A stretch of 64,000 nucleotides of DNA from NCBI GenBank assembly GCA_000934665.2, contig KZ538039.1, positions 1 to 64,000 on the forward strand. Direction: 5' to 3'. Shown piece after piece: positions 29,701 through 41,516 of this stretch. Below the pieces are notes generated by a model. That model was not told the DNA's origin. It searched no databases and saw nothing but the letters and a program-made list of their open reading frames with translations. Positions within the stretch are counted from its first letter, which is position 1, and every line of letters begins with the position of its first letter. The DNA comes from Catajapyx aquilonaris. Lineage: Eukaryota. Both the position numbers and the translations under genes were made by a program.

Positions 29701-32700
29701 AATTTGAGTGAAATTATTGCTCAGTTTGAGTGCAAATATTTCACTCCAGTTGAGTGGTTATTCGCTCGAATTAGGCCGAAAAGCCACTCAGTTTGAGTGA
29801 AATGATCGATAGTTTGAGTGAAAATATTTCTCTCAAACTGAGCGATCATTTCACTCCAATTGAGTGGGAGTCAAATCAAGTAGGAGAAAGAGTTAAAATC
29901 TCTGAAATCGAGTTGAAAATTACCGGTACTGAAACATCTAGTTGAAAAACACTCTGAATTTTTTAGAGTGTAAGTACACTCCAGGGACGACATACAGTAA
30001 TTAGAGGGAAAAGCCTGTCGCACTTTGAGATTTAAGGAATGGGGGAAGACTCGAGTGCACCTGTCAGGATGACTTGCGAGATGACAGAGAGGAATCCCAG
30101 CAAGGACCCAATTTTAGCGAGCAGGAAGTTCCCTTTTAGCAACTGCAGGTTATACGGGTAGACCGTTTCAAGAAAGTTTTTTTTGTGTGCAGTAGAACCG
30201 GATAGTCCGGATAAAGCTAACCGATTTCGAATGCAATTCTGCCGATGCTATTCATCAAGAGTATATAGGAGGGGGGTTCCGGCCACGCGATTTTTTATTC
30301 GGCCCCTTTTCCCCCTTACCCGAAGTGGCCGACAGGAGACGAAGTTGTTGGTCCGGAAAGTTTTCCCCCGTATTAAGCGTGACAAGTGGGATCAGAGACG
30401 TCCGGAAGTACGTACACTCGCTTCCAATATGGTTACCTTTCAATCTGTGGGAGTCATCTGGCAGGCTTCCTCATTTGGTATTGGCGAGACGTCGAAATAT
30501 ATATACAAGAAGAGGGGAATATAATTCTGACTGGATTGCTAGGCAAACTTTGGGTCTGCTGCAGCAAAACCCAGCCGAGTGCATCCGGTAGGAAAATGTT
30601 GGACGCCTCTTGCTCATGACGACGTGAGTGGCCTTTGACATGCGGGAAACTTGAGACGTCTGTTAGCATACTGAAGGCTTTTTTTCCTTTCGATGAGCAA
30701 AGTACGTTTGCGTGCTCCTTATTTCCCCTTTTAATTGGACGGTCCCAGCTTTGTTGAGAAGGAGTTTGTTCAATTCCTCTAGTTTCATAATGAGTGTTTG
30801 CTCTGGGAATGCCAACCGTTGCCAAAGATTCAGGCACGTGCGACCATTTTTTTTAAAGGCCTTCTGATATGTAGCTTCCTTTTTCCTTAGCGCGCGGGTT
30901 GGAGCTGGCTAGATAAGTAGGAGCTAATGAAATCTTTATCTTCCGAGTCAGGTGACATCCGCCTTTTTCGTGACAATTTTCATTCAGAGACTATCTGCGC
31001 TTGTCGGCTGCCTGCTCAACAGTCGTTTCATTTCTGGCCAAACTGCCTTTAACCTTGGTTGCTATTTGAACACGCCATAGAGGGGGGGCTTCAAGGCGTG
31101 ACTCGACCGAATTCTTCTTCTTTCTGTGGGCTTGATGCTGTCGACATTTTTTGTGCGAGATTCTTAATTGTCACGTGACAAGAAGCCGTATTTGTATTCG
31201 CGGACAATGGCTTCTGAGCAAAGCGGAAGGCATTTCGTTATAAAATATTGGTGTCAGTCCTGCTGGTTCGGAGGGCGAGAGAGATAGATTGGGAGATGAT
31301 GTTATTACCAGGAGAGTCTATTTTTAGTGGATATGCAGATGTCAGTTGTCGGCGGGTTTGACAGGGACGGGAATTAGGCAAACGAAAATCTGCAAAATTT
31401 GCCGGAAGTTGTGCCTAATGAGGTTTGCTTTCGGGGGCGAAAGTGACTTGGAAGCAAGGAATTATGGGCTGGGTATAGGCTTCTAAACTGACAAAGTTTG
31501 ATGTACCCACAAGTGGTGCTGAGCATGCGCGGAATTTGAGGGGGTGGAGCTAAGTTTCACGTTTTCGGTTACGTTAGATGTTTCGTTAACGGATATGCAG
31601 CTTAATTTTTATGCAGATACTAGTACAGTTTTAACCTCCAAATAGCGGAATAAACCATAAATAAATCATTCCCCCAATAATACGGTAATAGTCTTATTTT
31701 TTCGCCTCTGGAACGCTCCAGAAGGAGAGGGGCCCCTGGTGAGTGCTGCCACCTTCTGATCACGGCACTAAATCATCAGGCCTTTCCACGGCTACGGGTG
31801 CACTAGTCATAAAATAAATTAATAACATTGGAATCGGCATTCAATAAATAAATAAAACGTTGGAATCATCATACGTATACACAAAAATAATTCCAGTTCT
31901 TGTTGGCTGATTCTGCCGGACATAACTTTTTTTTTTGCAAACTGCTGAAACTGGTTTTAGTTGGGTGACAGACGTTTCCCCCACGTTAATTACGTATTTC
32001 GATGTTTCTGCACAAAAATGTGCGGAAACTCTCGGATCATCAGTCGTAGTTTGGTGACAGGCAGATTTGGACTGGCACAAAATTGAAATTTTGGAAGCGG
32101 CTCCCTTGCCTTTGTCAGTCGGCAGCCAGCACAAAACGGGGGTATAGGAACAGTTGAAAACTTTTCGCCCGTTTTGTTTGCATGTTCCAACAAACCTCCC
32201 CGCCCCACATCATATATAGGCTATGCAAGCACACACAGGTATAGTGGCGATTGGGAAGGGTCCGGAAAGGAGGAAAACGGGCATTTGGGATCCACCAGGC
32301 GGAGCTCAGATTTGTTCCGAAAGGAGATTGAATCCTTTGTGGCTGCTCTGGGACAGATTCCAGTCCTGGATGATTGGATGAATGGACCTGACCTGTAGGG
32401 AGAAACCCAATGCAGAGGGAAACCCCTCTTTGTTGACTTATGAATAGTATAATCTTGGATTCAGCCGAATTATAATGGATTCTGAAGTCAGGTAGCAGTG
32501 ATACGATGTAACTTTGCATCAGGCAACACTGAGCTGGCGAAACTCCCAAACTCGGGGAAAAGCCTCAAACTCGTGGCATGATCGAGACTTTCTGAAATTA
32601 CTAATTGAGCCCGGGGTTTTTTTTTCCAAAAAATTCCAGGCGGTTGCGGTTTTAATAAGAGTTAGACCACCAGTTCTTGGTGGTGGTACACGAGAAGGCT

Positions 32701-35700
32701 TTTGGTGGTGGTTGGTGAGGCTTTTGTGCGACGGAGAGACTTGATGGCTGCTGGTCTGGACTAGTCTGGTGCTGCGTCTGCATTTGACGGTTAGGGACTT
32801 GAAAGGACCCCGACAGACTCGTGCCATGGCCAGCCTCAAAAGCCTGGACCATTACTATCCTCGTTAGGACCTCTTTTTTTGGGAGGAGGAGTTTAGTCGG
32901 CTTACACACTTCTATTCATGCGGTGCGTGTATATGTGTATTCACAAGCAGACCCGGGGATTACCTTACGGACAGTGTGTTTTATGCCTGGTCTTTTTTGA
33001 AACCGGTATGTTGTTCCAGTACCGGAGGATGTTTTTGTGGTGCGTTTCGGTTGCTATGTACTGCCCCCTTTTTTTGGCGGATCTATTCGGAATGGTGGGT
33101 TGTTTTTGTATTCAGATATGGAGGGTATTATTTGATGTTTGGAAGTGCAGTCAGTGGCATGTACAGCCATAACTCCACTTTCAGGTATACACCTTATCAA
33201 AATAATGCTGTAGAAACAAGGTTTGTTGAAAATTACATTATTCATTAAATTTTGCTGGCTCAATTTTAGCCTGCATTTCAAGAATTCGCATGTAATATCG
33301 ACATACGCCCTCGAGTCATAAATTGTTTTCTGTTGGAAATATGTGCCTGCCAGATTTTGCGAGCAAAACATGTTTGATGTGTACAGTACCACTAGTAAGT
33401 CAATAAGAGAAAAAAAAAGGGTTGGCCACTGCTGCAGTGGAGTAAAAAGTAGTCGAGGCCCAGGATGTAGAAATGGGAAAAGGGGAGGGGAAAAAAATGC
33501 GGGTACAGGGAAGTGATGTAGGTGGGCACAAGTCCCACAGGATCTCTCCTGGCGCCGGCATACAAATGGTTCCTTGGGCTTCCAGCTATTGATGATGGCC
33601 AGAGAAAAACGCAAGCCTCCAGACCCTGGCCTTTTTTTTCTCTCTCTCACACACCCTAGCAAATAGGAGCAGGAAAAAGTTTTCTAGTGTGATCCACGTT
33701 TCATTTGTTTGTAAGGAAACGCACAGGTGGATTCATTAAAGCCAGGTGCAAAAAAATGGCTGTTTCGTCCCCTTGGCCCGAATGTTTTATTGAAGAGGGC
33801 AGGTCAATAGGTGGGGCGGCCTGAATAATTCCTACCTTGGCAACAAAGGAGCCTTGCTGAGATAGAAGGTCTATGGCAGTCCAGGCCAGCGACTATCAAA
33901 TCCTGATTCCCTAATTACCAGCAGGGCCCTCTTTGTCTGCCGGTACCAATTAGATGGAAGTTGCCTTCATAACCTGCATCAAAGGACCCGTTTCATTTCT
34001 TTCGTCCCCCTATATAGGTTTCAATGTCACTTTTTCTTTTTATAAGGGCTGTATTAATTAATTATACACATGCATCAGGAGTGTAATTACTTGATTATGT
34101 TGGCTGAGTTTTTGTAAAAGGCAAATAACCGGGGGAATGTCGCCTCTTGTCAATTTGCAGTCCGGACCCCTCCAAGGGGAGGTTTTCACAGGCCGCCGAC
34201 TTCATTTCGGCTGCTTTGCTAATGAGGCTTTGGGAGGAACACAAAAATATACAGTCGATTCCCCCCTTTCTTCCTGCTGGACCATGGCGTCCCCCCCCCT
34301 GGAAGATTTGCGAATTTGCCTGAGGCGAATTGGCAATAATTATCCTGACGCCGCCATCTTGGAAATCGCCAGATGACCTCATTGATAGGCATTGGGTTGC
34401 TCTGTGAGAGGAAATTAAACCAGTGCAGTGGCTGTACATGGTTTGATGCTTTGTGTTCAGCCCCCCCTGTTTTCAAGCGAGGATATATATACCATTTAGA
34501 TTAATTAACCGGGGAGTGTCGGCAGCCAAGTAGTGGTGCTTTAGAGTTGCCTCTGATGGCCTCCCAGTAATGCATGTTTTCCCTTGCCGGTGTGGGAAGA
34601 GGGAACGAATGGGCTGTGTTTAAAGTTCATTGAGTTCTTTGCAGCAGTAGGGCAATTCCAAGTGGCGTGGGATTACCAGAGTGAGACTTTGGGGGTGAGA
34701 GTTTGCATGACAATTGGGGGAGGTCTCTTAGCTACTTTGCCAAAGGGACGTCGAGGCACAACTTTATACTGACGTTTTACTAATGCAGTTTTATTGTTGA
34801 CAGATTGAGTTTGCATTTTGAGGTCGTAAGTTCTGAGAGAGAAATGTCATTAATATCGCGACATGGTCACGCGATCTTAGGGAGGAAAACCACAAAAGGT
34901 GCTGCCTATGCCGGATTTTAGACTGCTTCCAACTGGTCGTTACAAAAGATGCTAATTGGGCTGACCAAGTGAACGGTGATTGCAAATTCGCGATGTATAG
35001 AAGCGTAATGAATTGATGAGGTCGCGGTTATAACGAGCGGACCTAATTAATCGTGGGTTGGGTTGAATCGATGACCGGGCGAAAATGTCACGACCAAAAA
35101 AACTCGGGAGTGGTCAACAATAAGTGCATTCTCAGGATCTATGTTCTCTCCCGAGAGACGTAAAAATTGAACGGGGGGCAGGTAGATCTAAGTGGATAAA
35201 AACCTTTAGTCCTGGGCGAGAGACGTGCACAGGACCGGAATTTTTTTTTTTCCTGCTGGCTCCCTTTTTCTACGAGGTTCCAACTATATAAGGGGCGGAA
35301 CCTAACCCAATTCCGAAGCTGAATTGCAACAAATTGAAGCCTGTCAGAAAGGAAGTCCTGATTCCAAGTTTGTTTCTGAAGCGCACCCGTCTTCCCACCC
35401 ACCCGTCACTCCCTAAGATTTTGTGAAGGAGGATCGATATGGATTCCCCAAATTACCAACAAAAAAAAACCTTTTTTGCATTCCCGCCTCGGCCTCTCAA
35501 GAAAAGGGGGGGAAAAAAGAGTCGTAATGTAATCGACTAATCCCTTCGTTGCAGTCGTTGTTGCTGAGCCTGGAAGACAGAGACGCCGAAGAGCTGGTGC
35601 TGGTTCTTCAGGGTTACTTCAAGCTGCTGGCAGACAGACCCCTGCCGGTACATCGAGAGAGGGACCGATGGGCAGAGGATTCTGGTAAGTCCTCCATGGT

Positions 35701-38700
35701 ACTCATTTCAATTTTAAAAACCAGATATGAACGATTTAACTTGTTTTTGCTCGTGTTTTTGTTTAATTTTAAAATATTTTTATGAACAAAATAATGAAGA
35801 ACTAAAATAACTGAAATAGCCATCACTAAAATAATTGAAAATGACTGATAACAATTAAAAATTTAACATTTGCACAGGCGATGGGAATATCTGGGTTACG
35901 AATTACACAAAAAGAGAATTTTTCCTCGCCCTTGGTGCAGGGTTAAGAATTGAAATCCTGTGAGCCTGTATATAAAGTGTTAATTAGACGTGGAAAAAAG
36001 GTCCAGGAGATTAGCGTCAGCAATTGGGGCGTGCTGGAGTCAGGTAAACAGAGATAGGGCAGGGAAATAAGCTGCCTAATGAAAGGCACTGGGAGTCCTT
36101 TTTTCGGGAGGCTATAATAGTACAAGGTGGGGGGTCCCCCTACCTGCGATATAGGGTGTTCATTCCAATTACAAAAGTTGCAAGTCCGAGTAAGGCGACA
36201 CTAATGCGATGGCCTGGTGTCAGGTGGACCATTGGCTCCACACATTTTCCTCCCGATCGCGTTACCCATTCCGAGCAGGTATTTCATCATGGAAGCATTC
36301 ATTCTAAGGTTGTGTGGAAATTGCAAAGAAAGGTTCGGGTTATAAAAGGGAATGGATTGCCCCCGCAGTGCTTTTGAAACATATTTTTGAGTCCAAACGA
36401 AACGCAATTAGCCTCCCCTAAGAAGTGCGGTTTATTGCTCAAAAATTACAGTCCTTGACCATTGCGTGTATTCAACTCGTAAGCTACGATCAGGCGAAGG
36501 CTATAGCACACGGAAATATTTCCTTAAAATAAAATTGCGAACCTGGCTCCCAATAATAATGCGGGGGCGGGTTCGACAAGCTGGAAAGGAAATGGGGGCC
36601 TCCGTGCCCGTCGAGACTATTTCTGGCTAGATGTATTTAAAATCGAGGGGGGGTAGCTAATGACAGATTGCCTTTAGGGACGGGCCAAAGTTTGGCTTTT
36701 TAATTGTGGGAAAAAGTTGCTATAGTAGTAGGGGGGAACCCGAAAATTTCTGGCCAGCTAATAACTTCCTCTTGGGGGGAGTTATAGGGTGGAAATATAG
36801 GCCAATAATGGCGTGCGGAGCCTCAATCTTTTTTGGCTATATGCTTCCAAGAAAGTGCCGGACATGACTTATCGGTTGGGCAGTAAAAAGCAAGTATACA
36901 GCTTCTCGACACACCCTGTACTATAACACGCAAAAAGATTGTCGCACTGTATCCGTGGGGTCCGCGACTTTTTCACGAAAAAGTCGCTGACCACACGGAT
37001 ACAGTGCGACAATCTTTTTGCGTGTTATAGTGCATCAGTCAAATGCCTGCTTCCAAATGAATCTCACGAGCAGTCAAAGTCTTCCAATTGCGGAATAATT
37101 GAAGCGAGACATTTCATCGGATTTTGGGGGGGAAGGGTTTTTTGTCCTCTCTTTGCTCGTCTCCGGGCCTTGCCGCCTTGCCTATTGAACCCTCTTCCTC
37201 CTCCTGACGAGATGTAATTAAAATTTCATGTCGACGATAGGAAAAGGCGAGTAACACGCAGAATGTTGCTGGAGAGTCCGAATCGATGCCATGGCGCGTG
37301 CACCACCGTCTCTTCAGATTACCTCACTTTTTTTCAGCCAGACTATCTGCAATGCTGTACACACTTTATGTATATACTTTGCAGCACTTCCGTACCACAC
37401 GAAACATCGGGTTCAGGCGGCCAGTTGGAGCTATTTGCCTTCGGATCCTCCTGTTGTTGCGGCTGCTTCGTCGTCGTCGGGTGATGCTGCTGTGGACCAA
37501 AACAAGCCGGATCACATCCTCATAGACCTTTCTGTAGTACCGCCGTACCAGCAGCGTCCCGAAGTTGTGCAGGTGCCCAACGGACATATTCCCAACTCGA
37601 CTGCGGCAGAAGTGAAGCAGCCAGAACCAGCCATGGCCACCACCGTCACGGCTGGAGCTACTACCTACAGGGTGGACAAGAATATGAACAAAACGTATGT
37701 GCTCGAATTTGGTTTGGAGTTTTCAGTGCTGCAATAACCACACTATGTTTCCAGGTTGCCATTGAACAGACCGGACAATGGCAGCAACAACAACAACTAC
37801 TGTCCTCCTGAGGACAACAGGCAGCGGAGACAGCCACTGGAGAGCACCACGGCGTCGAACACCTTGGATGTTCAGAGCAGCAGCCAGAAACTGGGCTTTG
37901 ACATCCAGAGTGTGGTGTCCATGGAGATCCTGGAGGGCGATGCTGCTTTTGTCAGCAGTGGTAATGACGAGGTGAGTTGGCACTTACCGGTATATGAGCT
38001 AATTAAGGCACTTATTATTATTATTAGAATTGTGTTGGAACCTATGTTGGCTCTCAGTTCTCTCAGCAGGTTATGCGTCGAGTGGCAGAGATGAAGCAGC
38101 TTGTTGAGGACGCAGAGTCTTACCTGACCGACCGGGAGGCTGATGATGATGATGTCGTCGAAGGGGAAGTCAACGACACAGAGAGCCTCCGATCTGGGGT
38201 GTCTCACACCGACTCGGAGCTGTCAACTTCATATGGGCAGCTGAAGCACAGCGATTCCTTACTGCTGCTTACCCAGGGTCAGAAGCAGCTGAATGAGACT
38301 GTGGTGACGGAGGTCAAGAAGATTGAGCTGCCAGTAGGGGACAACGAGAGCGACACAGACTCTCTTTCCACCCCTACCGACAGCCCTTCCCATCGGCCAC
38401 CTGCCACTCCAGCCACTGCCACAGCCACTTCTGTCACTCCGGCTAAGCGTCCGTCATCCATGCTCAAGTCCAGCGATTCCAGTTTTGGATTGCACAGCCC
38501 CGATAACTTCCTGGCTGGATTGCAGAGTCACGACGTGCAGGAATTGCTGCGTCGGCTGCAGGAGGAGAACATCCTTCCGTACAGCTTTGCAGAAGGGACG
38601 CTCTACCTGGATCCAGACATCATAGATCTCACCATGATACCACCACCTATAACACCAGATGATGTAAGCAAAACACTGCCATATGCTACATGAAGGAAAT

Positions 38701-41516
38701 GACAGATGATTTAAATATGCATTATGTACGAGTACGCATTGCTAGCCAATACGGCATATGGTAACCGCATATATTAAAGCGAAAGGAAAGTGTAAATAAG
38801 ACATTCATTGCAGTTTATTAAATATTCATATTTTCATGCAAGTAAACGTGGCATGTAGTGGAACTGATATGAAGCCACCAGCACATGCAATGGACATAAA
38901 AACAGTTTATTCATTGATTGCATTATTGAAATTGCAGCAGAACATTTTTATTTTACATCTGACTGAGGATCAATGAATTCACATCATGTCTAATCTTCAC
39001 ACTTTTTGCAGGAGCGGGCTCGTCTACTGCCATGCCAACTGAGCACCCCTCCGACACCTTTTGCAGACCGTCTGAGCTTAGAGTATGAACTGCAACTCCA
39101 GGCTTTGAGTAGGCGGGCTGCCCGGGATCCGGAAGGTTGGAAGCTTGGCCTCTGCTGCGATGATCCGGACCTGGCAGCAGTGATGGCAGGGAACCCAGAC
39201 CTGGACGACTCACTCTCCCTCAGCAACTACAGTGCCAGCTTGGCATCTGAGGACTCGTCTATGTTTCTGCCACCACCTCCTGGGGAGTCTGAATACCCAC
39301 AGTCATGGGCTGATGACATTGACTCGTTCATTGCCACAGTCACGGTGCCTCCACCTCCTTCAGCATCAGGCGACACAACCACCCCGTTCAGCCCAGCTGT
39401 TGCGGATGAAGAGCTGGCGGCATACATCATCCCTCCGCCTCCAGGAGGTGCCCCTGGGCCACCCCTGGAGCAAGACAGATTAGGAGAAGAGGTGAAAGTG
39501 GCAGCTGAACGCCGTGAGAAGGATGTTTCGGCCAAGATAGCAGCAATACAGAGGCAACTTGCCCCAGTGGCCAAACCCCGAAGCGTGATGGCAGTTCATG
39601 GCAGCCTTCCTAGAAAAAATATTGAGGATGAGTCGGTGTCGGTGGCTGAACGCAAGGCACAACTTGAGTGTGCCATGGGTCTGCCTCCAGGAAGAGCGAT
39701 GCAGCCGCAGCCAGTGGCAAAGTCATCCTCCCAGAGTGACCTGGCAGCTCAGAGGTCGCCGTCAAGAGCACTCCTCTCCACCTCCAGCGATGATCTGGGT
39801 GCCCCTCCTGGTCACTCCCCGGGGTCGCCTTCGAAGCGCAGTCTCACAGGCACATCCAGTTCAGACTCTCTAGCCTCGAATGCAAGTGTCGCTACCGTGA
39901 AGTCTGCTTGGAGCACCTCAGAGGACTCGGGTAACGAAGGCTACTGCTCACCTCCACTTCCACCCAGAGGAAGTCCTGCTAAGCCACCATTGCCCCCAGT
40001 GACCAACGGGGGGCAGGCGGCCCCTCCGAGAGTCCCATCCCGGCTACGCAAGCCATCATGTGGAAACGGCAGCACAAATGGAACGGCAGGATCCCCCACC
40101 AAGGGAAGCCCCAATCGTAAGCTGCCTCCAACCCCACTACCACCCAGTGGCGTGAGTGGGAAGGCCCCAATGCCAGAACCAAGCCAAGTGACACCAGGCA
40201 CAAGGAAACCACTCATAGTCACCACTTCCAAACTGCCTAGACCGCAGCTGGTGTCCCCGTCAGTGTCTGGGAGGACCAACGGGATAGGGGTTGTCAATGG
40301 GGGGAATTCAACTTCCCCTAGAACCGCGCCAAAGGGCAAAGGTGGTGCATCCCCACCACTCAAAACAAGCAGTCCAAAGATGGCCCTACGTAACGGTCAT
40401 ATGGTCAATGGTGACATAGAGTCCAAAATGGTCAATGGTTCAGCCAATAAAGACACTGACTATGACCGTGACTCTCTCGACGGAAGTTCGTCACACAAAA
40501 GCGCCAAGGTAAGCTGCATGACAATATTGAGATCATTGTGGCTGTAATAATTAGCACAGCATAATTGTGGACTCACTCTGCGGTGACGATCACTTACTCG
40601 TAGTAATGAGACCTACAGTAATGCTGTAACTTGTACAAAAGGGGGTCGTCAGATTGTCTTTCTGTGACAATAAAAACAGGTTTATTAAAACTAATTCAGT
40701 GATGAGACCTCTGCACTGCATGTTTGCTGCATGGCTTGCATACAAATTCAAAAAATTTCAAAAACTCTTCTGCCCTTGCATTTCTCTCCATCTGGCTGAA
40801 ACTTGAAAAATTGCTAACTGGCAAGTAGCTGTACTGTAGAATGTGGAATAACTTTTCGTGTTTCTGTGGCATCGTTTTAATTCTAGTCTGTTGCCCACTG
40901 TGCACCACACCTGGAATATTAATATGGTAGGGTTCCTTGCACATGCAATTTTTCATTGCTGTTCGACTGTACGTATTACATTTGCATTGATCGAGTGTTC
41001 TTAATTCTACAGAGCAACCCTGCAATGTTCACTGGTGCTGCCATTTCCCTGGAACATGTGGTGCTGAAACTGGAAGATATTGCGGCCCAGTGCTCTGCTG
41101 CAGAGCAGGCAGGAGGCGGCGTGTACATGAACGAGGATAAGTTCCAGCTGTCGAAGGAGCTGCTGACCTGTGAGTCCAGGCAGTTTGTCACCGCCTCAAA
41201 ATTGTTTGTGAAGAGCGCAACCGAGAGCGAGGTGCAGGTTGGGAGGTGCCTGTCCCACTGCGTGCTCATGCTGGAGCAACTGGCGGACATCACCGAAGAC
41301 GTGGCCAACTACACGTGCAGCCCTGCCCACACACACAACCTGGCTCTGAAGGTCAAGGATGTGGCAGAGACATTTCTGCAGACCGTCCATGCGGCAGACC
41401 AGGCCAGGAAGGATGGACTGAGCGACTCGGCCATGAACCTCCTGATGCAGAGGGCAACCGTGCTAGCCTCAACGTTGACCGCACTCATGAGAGCTCTTAG
41501 GGTCTTTGCTCCGTGA
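2704..41516 (+). CDS. FRMPD4: FERM and PDZ domain-containing protein 4-like (Preso-like; WW-PDZ-FERM, Pro-rich region, C-terminal helical bundle). 5'-partial, 15 exons, ~1528 aa in window
   Basis: Exons: 2704-2847, 5191-5359, 10365-10478, 12519-12767, 13366-13485, 15621-15757, 20148-20367, 20437-20514, 24922-25026, 35555-35684, 37385-37694, 37755-37971, 38070-38663, 39012-40508, 41013-41516 (TGA). All introns are GT-AG with consistent phases. Motifs: WW end [46 protein letters not shown]; linker [81 protein letters not shown]-terminal [16 protein letters not shown]. The start codon and first half of the WW domain were not found and probably lie upstream of the window. Confidence 0.93.
15778..15823. 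repeat. 46-bp palindrome
   Basis: ACTCTTAACCATTTACCTTCTCT|AGAGAGGGTAAACGGTTAAGAGT; 21/23 matches, no spacer. Confidence 0.85.
16368..16397 (-). repeat. Interstitial (TTAGG)6 arthropod telomere-type repeat
   Basis: (TAACC)x6 with one substitution on the plus strand. Confidence 0.75.
29184..29970. mobile_element. TA-flanked MITE-like element carrying an internal tandem array (FRMPD4 intron 9)
   Basis: Imperfect TIRs CTCTCTAAAAATGTTCGAGTG / CACTCTGAATTTTTTAGAGTG, with TA at 29182-29183 and 29971-29972. Confidence 0.6.
29360..29870. repeat. 89-bp tandem repeat (~5 copies) built from four ~22-bp palindromic subunits
   Basis: Unit starts at 29403, 29492, 29581, 29672 and 29783 (periods 89, 89, 91, 111; the last includes a duplicated 22-mer). 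Core palindrome CACTCAA-T-TTGAGTG. Confidence 0.9.
36917..37034. repeat. Near-perfect 118-bp palindrome
   Basis: 58-bp arms (36917-36974 / 36977-37034) with 3 mismatches and a 2-nt loop. Confidence 0.92.

Noticed and set aside
29360..29870. CRISPR-like regular palindromic repeats
   Set aside because: The intervening sequences are themselves repeated, there are no unique spacers or cas genes, and the context is a eukaryotic intron.
32174..32398. Protein-like ORF ([23 protein letters not shown]) in FRMPD4 intron 9
   Set aside because: No convincing in-phase acceptor and no recognisable family; cannot be supported without RNA-seq.
33054..33662. 202-aa minus-strand ORF and the many other short intronic ORFs
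   Set aside because: Non-ATG starts, homopolymer-driven composition and no domain motifs.
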